A DNA stretch of 64,000 nt, from NCBI RefSeq assembly GCF_947253395.1, contig NZ_CAMXYY010000002.1, positions 2,131-66,130 of the forward strand. Direction: 5' to 3'. The DNA is from an uncultured Olegusella sp. (GTDB lineage: Bacteria; Actinomycetota; Coriobacteriia; Coriobacteriales; Atopobiaceae). The translations under genes and the position numbers were made by a program. Below the pieces are notes generated by a model that saw nothing but the letters and a program-made list of their open reading frames with translations, searched no databases and was not told where the DNA came from. Shown piece after piece: positions 59,719 through 64,000 of the stretch (its first letter is position 1; every line of letters begins with the position of its first letter).

Positions 59719-59758
59719 TTCAGACCAACCACTAAAAAGACCCTTAAAGGAGGTCACT

Positions 59759-60631
59759 ATGGCACAGATTACCGCTGCTCTTGTTAAGCAGCTCCGCGAG
59801 ATGACGAACTCCCCAATGATGGAGTGCAAAAAAGCGCTTGTGAAAGCTGATGGCGATATTGAGCGTGCAATTGACGTTCTTCGTGAGATGGGCGTAGCCA
59901 AGGCTGTAAAGCGTTCTGGTCGTGCTACCAATGAGGGCACTGTTGCTGCTTATGTGTCTGAGGATGGCAAGACTGGTGCTCTGCTTGAACTTACCTGCGA
60001 GACTGACTTTGTTGGCACCAATCCCAAGTTTACTGGCTTTGCCGCCGATCTTGCCAAGGTCGTTGCTGAAAATGATCCTGCAGATGTCGATGCACTTAAG
60101 GCTTGCGCAATGGGCGAGGGTACTGTCGAGTCTGAGCTTACTGAGATGATTCACGTTATCGGTGAGAACATGAAGATTGTCCGCTTCAAGCGCATGACCT
60201 CCACGGGTGCTCTTGCCAGCTATATCCATCTTGGCGGCAAGCTTGCAGACCTTGTGTCCTTCTCTTTCACCAAAGAAGAGACTGCAGCAAATGATGATTT
60301 CAAGGCTTTTGCGCATGACGTTGCTATGCAGGTTGTCGCTGCCGACCCTGTTGCTGCACGCCGTGAGGATGTTCCTGCCGATCTTCTTGAGCGTGAGAAG
60401 ACCATTTATGCTGCACAGGCCACTGAGTCTGGTAAGCCTGAGTTTGTTCAGCAAAAGATGATCGAAGGTCGTGTGAACAAGTATTACAAGGAAAACGTCC
60501 TTACCGAGCAAGTCTTTATCAAAGATTCTGATGTTACCATCAGTGAGCTTGCAAAGAAGGTTTCCAAGGCCGCCGATGATACCATCGAGATTCTCAGCTT
60601 TGAGAGATATGCTTTTGGTGAGACTGAGTAA
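59759..60631 (+). CDS. tsf: Elongation factor Ts
   Basis: MMECKKAL and CETDFV motifs; RBS AGGAGG. Confidence 0.97.
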   Translation: MAQITAALVKQLREMTNSPMMECKKALVKADGDIERAIDVLREMGVAKAVKRSGRATNEGTVAAYVSEDGKTGALLELTCETDFVGTNPKFTGFAADLAKVVAENDPADVDALKACAMGEGTVESELTEMIHVIGENMKIVRFKRMTSTGALASYIHLGGKLADLVSFSFTKEETAANDDFKAFAHDVAMQVVAADPVAARREDVPADLLEREKTIYAAQATESGKPEFVQQKMIEGRVNKYYKENVLTEQVFIKDSDVTISELAKKVSKAADDTIEILSFERYAFGETE

Positions 60632-60645
60632 GCTTTATACGCTTT

Positions 60646-60674
60646 AGGGGGCCGGCGCAAGTCGGCCCTTTTTT
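60646..60674 (+). terminator. Intrinsic terminator after tsf
   Basis: GGGCCGGC-GCAA-GTCGGCCC followed by a T run. Confidence 0.85.
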
Positions 60675-60763
60675 ATGCAACGAGACTCTACCGCCTACCT
60701 ATGGGAAATGCGTTAGCTTTCATAACTTTGTTAAAATGTCGTACCAGGATACGAGGAGGTCAT

Positions 60764-61492
60764 ATGTCTGAATATAAATATAACAGGGTGCTGCTCAAAC
60801 TCTCTGGAGAAGCCCTGATGGGTTCAAAAGAATTTGGCATTGATCCAAGCGTTCCTGAGCGTATTGCTCGCGATATAAAGCCTGCTTATGAGGCTGGTGT
60901 TGATATTGCCATCGTGGTTGGTGGTGGCAATATTTTTCGCGGTCTTACGGGCGCTGCGGCCGGGATGGAACGCGCTCAGGGCGACAATATGGGCATGCTT
61001 GCCACGGTTATAAATTCACTGGCTCTCCAGGACACCTTTGAAAAGGCTGGTATGGACTGCCGCGTAATGAGTGCCATCGAAATGCGCTCTGTAGCTGAAA
61101 CCTATATCAGACGCCGTGCCATTCGTCATTTAGAAAAAGGTAGGATTACGATTTTTGCTGCTGGTACTGGTAATCCATACTTCACCACTGATACTGCAGC
61201 TGCATTGCGTGCTTGTGAGATTGATGCCGACGTTTTGATGAAGGCTACCAAGGTAGATGGTATCTACGACCAAGATCCCATCTCACATCCTGAAGCGCTT
61301 AAGTTTGATACCATCAGCTACAACGAGGTATTGATTCGTAACCTCAAAGTTATGGACGCCACTGCTACGGCACTTTGTCATGATAACCACATGCCAATTA
61401 TGGTTTTTAGCCTCGACGAAGAGGGTGTTTTTGACCGTGCCCTCCGCGGGGAGCCTGTAGGAACTACCGTTATCGAGGAGGACGCACAATGA
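60764..61492 (+). CDS. pyrH: UMP kinase
   Basis: [18 protein letters not shown] and GNPYFTTD motifs. Confidence 0.96.
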   Translation: MSEYKYNRVLLKLSGEALMGSKEFGIDPSVPERIARDIKPAYEAGVDIAIVVGGGNIFRGLTGAAAGMERAQGDNMGMLATVINSLALQDTFEKAGMDCRVMSAIEMRSVAETYIRRRAIRHLEKGRITIFAAGTGNPYFTTDTAAALRACEIDADVLMKATKVDGIYDQDPISHPEALKFDTISYNEVLIRNLKVMDATATALCHDNHMPIMVFSLDEEGVFDRALRGEPVGTTVIEEDAQ

Positions 61493-62043
61493 GTGAGTTT
61501 ACCGATTATGCCAACAAGCACATGGACAGATGCATTGACAATCTTATTACTTCCTTTGCAAAGGTGCGTACGGGCAGGGCAAACCCTCACGTGCTTAATC
61601 CGATCAAGGTTGACTATTATGGTCAACCAACGCCTATCACGCAGTTAGCAGCCGTCAAGGTTCCTGAGGCCTCTCTACTTGTCGTGGAGCCTTGGGACAA
61701 AAGTGCGCTGCGTGCCATTGTTAAAGCTATTGAGGCTTCGGATTTGGGGATCACTCCTAACGAGGATGGCGTTGCTATCCGTCTTCCTTTCCCTAAGCCA
61801 ACCGAAGAGCGCCGTCGCGAGCTTTCAAAAGACTGCAGTAAGCTTGCTGAAGAAGCAAAAATTTCTATCCGCAATGCTCGCCGTGATGCTAATACTCGTG
61901 TTGATCGTGCTCAAAAAGAGGATGATTTGCCCGAGGATGAGGCCAATCGCACTAAGAAAGCTATTCAAAAACTCACTGATGAGTACACGAAAAAAGTCGA
62001 CGACTTGCTTAAGGCTAAGACTGCTGAAGTGATGGAGATCTAA
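61489..62043 (+). CDS. frr: Ribosome recycling factor
   Basis: [16 protein letters not shown] and IRNARRD motifs. Confidence 0.96.
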   Translation: MSEFTDYANKHMDRCIDNLITSFAKVRTGRANPHVLNPIKVDYYGQPTPITQLAAVKVPEASLLVVEPWDKSALRAIVKAIEASDLGITPNEDGVAIRLPFPKPTEERRRELSKDCSKLAEEAKISIRNARRDANTRVDRAQKEDDLPEDEANRTKKAIQKLTDEYTKKVDDLLKAKTAEVMEI

Positions 62044-62829
62044 GTGAAGCGTGACGAAGCAAAGCTTCGCGCCTATTACCGTGATGCTCCTTCTGATATC
62101 AATCTTGATGATGTTGACTTAGCACGCATTCCAAGTCATGTTTCTATCATCATGGATGGTAATGGGCGTTGGGCACAGGCGCGAGGGTTAGACCGTGCAA
62201 AGGGCCATGTGGCAGGCGTTGATTCCTTACGCGAAGCAGTTACTACGAGCGTACGCTTGGGTTTTGATGTCCTGTCTGTCTATGCATTTTCTACGGAAAA
62301 CTGGCGCCGACCTCAACGCGAAGTTGATCTCTTGATGCATCTGTTTGCAACAACTTTGGTTAAAGAGCTCCCTCTATTTCATCAAGAAAATGTACGACTA
62401 CGTTTTTTTGGCGATCTCGAAGCGCTACCTCGTGAGACATATAAGGTGTTCCAAAAAGGTCTTGCAGAAACGGCCAATCACACAGGTATGACCTTTGCTT
62501 TGGCGGTAAATTATGGTTCGCGTGCTGAGATTGTTCGCGCTGCCCGTCTTTTAGCGCACGACGTAGAGGATGGTAAGCTTTCTGCAGATGATATCGACAG
62601 CGAGATGTTTGCCTCGCGACTCTATACGGCAGGCCTTCCTGATCCCGAGCTTCTTATTCGTAGCTCGGGTGAGAAACGCTTGTCAAATTATTTGTTATGG
62701 CAGTTAGCCTATACCGAGTTTTATGTAACAGATACCTATTGGCCTGATTTTACGCGCTGGGACATGTTAAGGGCAATCCATGCATTCCAAAATCGTAACA
62801 GGCGCTTTGGGGGAGTGGTTAATAAGTGA
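62044..62829 (+). CDS. uppS: Undecaprenyl diphosphate synthase
   Basis: IMDGNGRWA, FSTENW and RSSGEKRLSNY motifs. Confidence 0.95.
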   Translation: MKRDEAKLRAYYRDAPSDINLDDVDLARIPSHVSIIMDGNGRWAQARGLDRAKGHVAGVDSLREAVTTSVRLGFDVLSVYAFSTENWRRPQREVDLLMHLFATTLVKELPLFHQENVRLRFFGDLEALPRETYKVFQKGLAETANHTGMTFALAVNYGSRAEIVRAARLLAHDVEDGKLSADDIDSEMFASRLYTAGLPDPELLIRSSGEKRLSNYLLWQLAYTEFYVTDTYWPDFTRWDMLRAIHAFQNRNRRFGGVVNK

Positions 62830-63785
62830 GTGGCGACGACAACTCCACGACAAGCAAGCAAAGTAAGCTGCGCAATCGTGGTATTGATGCGGGCATTGCT
62901 CGTCTTGAGGCACATCGCAAGTCTACGGCATCTTCGCGTGCTGAAGGCAAGCTTCGTGGACAGGTAGCGCGTGATAATGCCGAAAAGCTCTTACAACGCA
63001 GCTTGTCGGGCGCTATCTACGCGATCACCATCTTTGTTTGCTTGTATTTGGGCACCATTCCTACTGCCGTTATTGTTGCTTTGATGGCATGGCTTTGTTG
63101 TTCCGAATTTTTTCGCATGGTGCGTATGGCGGGTCGTATGCCCAATGAACTTATTGGCCTGACAGCGGCCGCCCTTTTTCCACTTGTACCTTTGACCGGC
63201 AGCTATCCTTATCTGGTATTAGCAGTTTTTTTGCTTATTATGGCAAACGCTATTTGGTATGTGTTGACGCCACGTGCCACCGCAGCAGATGTTGCACTAT
63301 CGGTCTTTGGACCTATCTATACCTCACTGATGTATGCCAGCATCGTTGCAATTCGTTGCGTCGATCCGGGCAATACGGGGGCTTTTTTCACTTTTGCTGT
63401 TATGGGCTCAGTGTGGCTCAATGATGCGCTTGCATATTTTGTCGGGTCACGCTTTGGCAAGCATAAGCTGGCTCCCCAGATTTCGCCTAAGAAATCTCTT
63501 GAGGGTTTTTGGGGCGGTATGGTGGGCGGTATTATTCCTTGGATTATTCTTGCAATCCTTCATATCCGCGGTATGCATTTTGGACTCGCAATTGCTGTGG
63601 GACTGCTTGTCTGTATTTCTGCTGTTTTGGGTGATTTATTTGAATCACGCATCAAACGCGGCGTTGGCGTTAAGGATTCAGGAAATATTATTCCTGGGCA
63701 TGGAGGAATGCTCGACAGGGCTGATTCTATGCTTTTTGCGGGAACAGTTGCTTGGGCTGCCTTGTTGTTAGGAGGCATTTTGTGA
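62826..63785 (+). CDS. cdsA: Phosphatidate cytidylyltransferase
   Basis: ISPKKSLEG and GDLFES.IKR..GVKDSG.IIPGHGGMLDR motifs. Confidence 0.94.
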   Translation: MSGDDNSTTSKQSKLRNRGIDAGIARLEAHRKSTASSRAEGKLRGQVARDNAEKLLQRSLSGAIYAITIFVCLYLGTIPTAVIVALMAWLCCSEFFRMVRMAGRMPNELIGLTAAALFPLVPLTGSYPYLVLAVFLLIMANAIWYVLTPRATAADVALSVFGPIYTSLMYASIVAIRCVDPGNTGAFFTFAVMGSVWLNDALAYFVGSRFGKHKLAPQISPKKSLEGFWGGMVGGIIPWIILAILHIRGMHFGLAIAVGLLVCISAVLGDLFESRIKRGVGVKDSGNIIPGHGGMLDRADSMLFAGTVAWAALLLGGIL

Positions 63786-64000
63786 GTATCTTTGAAGATA
63801 CATCACCCAAGAGTCCTCGTCCGCGCCCACTGCGTGTAGCAGTTTTGGGCGCGTCGGGTTCTATTGGGACTCAAACTTTGGATGTTTGTCGGCAGCATGC
63901 TGATAAATTGCAGGTAGTTGCCCTATCGGTGTGGTCTGCGACAGATAAACTTGTTGCAGCTGCGCGTGAATTTGGCGTGAAATATGTCGGTATAGGCGAT
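63782..64000 (+). CDS. dxr: 1-deoxy-D-xylulose 5-phosphate reductoisomerase (5' part only)
   Basis: GTG 63782 opens ...RVAVLGASGSIGTQTLDV; follows cdsA; truncated by the window end. Confidence 0.9.
   Translation, partial: MSIFEDTSPKSPRPRPLRVAVLGASGSIGTQTLDVCRQHADKLQVVALSVWSATDKLVAAAREFGVKYVGIGD

Overview
A 64-kb stretch of core bacterial chromosome. The gene set (mreBCD, glyQS, trmFO, ppdK, arginine deiminase genes) and moderate GC suggest a host-associated anaerobe, probably Coriobacteriia/Atopobiaceae-like (inference). In order: arcA-arcB and a YfcC/ArcD-type antiporter; trpS; a degenerate 5-formyl-THF cyclo-ligase homologue; a complete divergent shikimate/Phe/Tyr cluster; tRNA-Arg(CCG); a P-type ATPase and aconitase; zinc-ribbon, cyclophilin and TPR genes leading into mreBCD-mrdA-rodA; rplU-rpmA; an ECF transporter; obg-proB-nadD-yqeK-rsfS; dinB; rpsP-khpA-rimM-trmD-lepB; glyQS; a half-length PPDK regulator and ppdK; rplS-rnhB; yraN-comM-dprA-trmFO-xerC; rpsB-tsf-pyrH-frr-uppS-cdsA-dxr. 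I saw no mobile element, prophage or CRISPR array. Best observations: (1) a PTS EIIB domain with intact phospho-acceptor Cys fused to type II dehydroquinase; (2) an unannotated 24-codon Trp-rich leader peptide (WWWRSW) with a full protector/antiterminator/terminator attenuator upstream of a TrpP-like ECF importer; (3) two apparent pseudo-enzymes, an MTHFS homologue with an acidic ATP loop and an N-domain-only PPDK regulator. All calls come from reading motifs by eye; no database searches were run.
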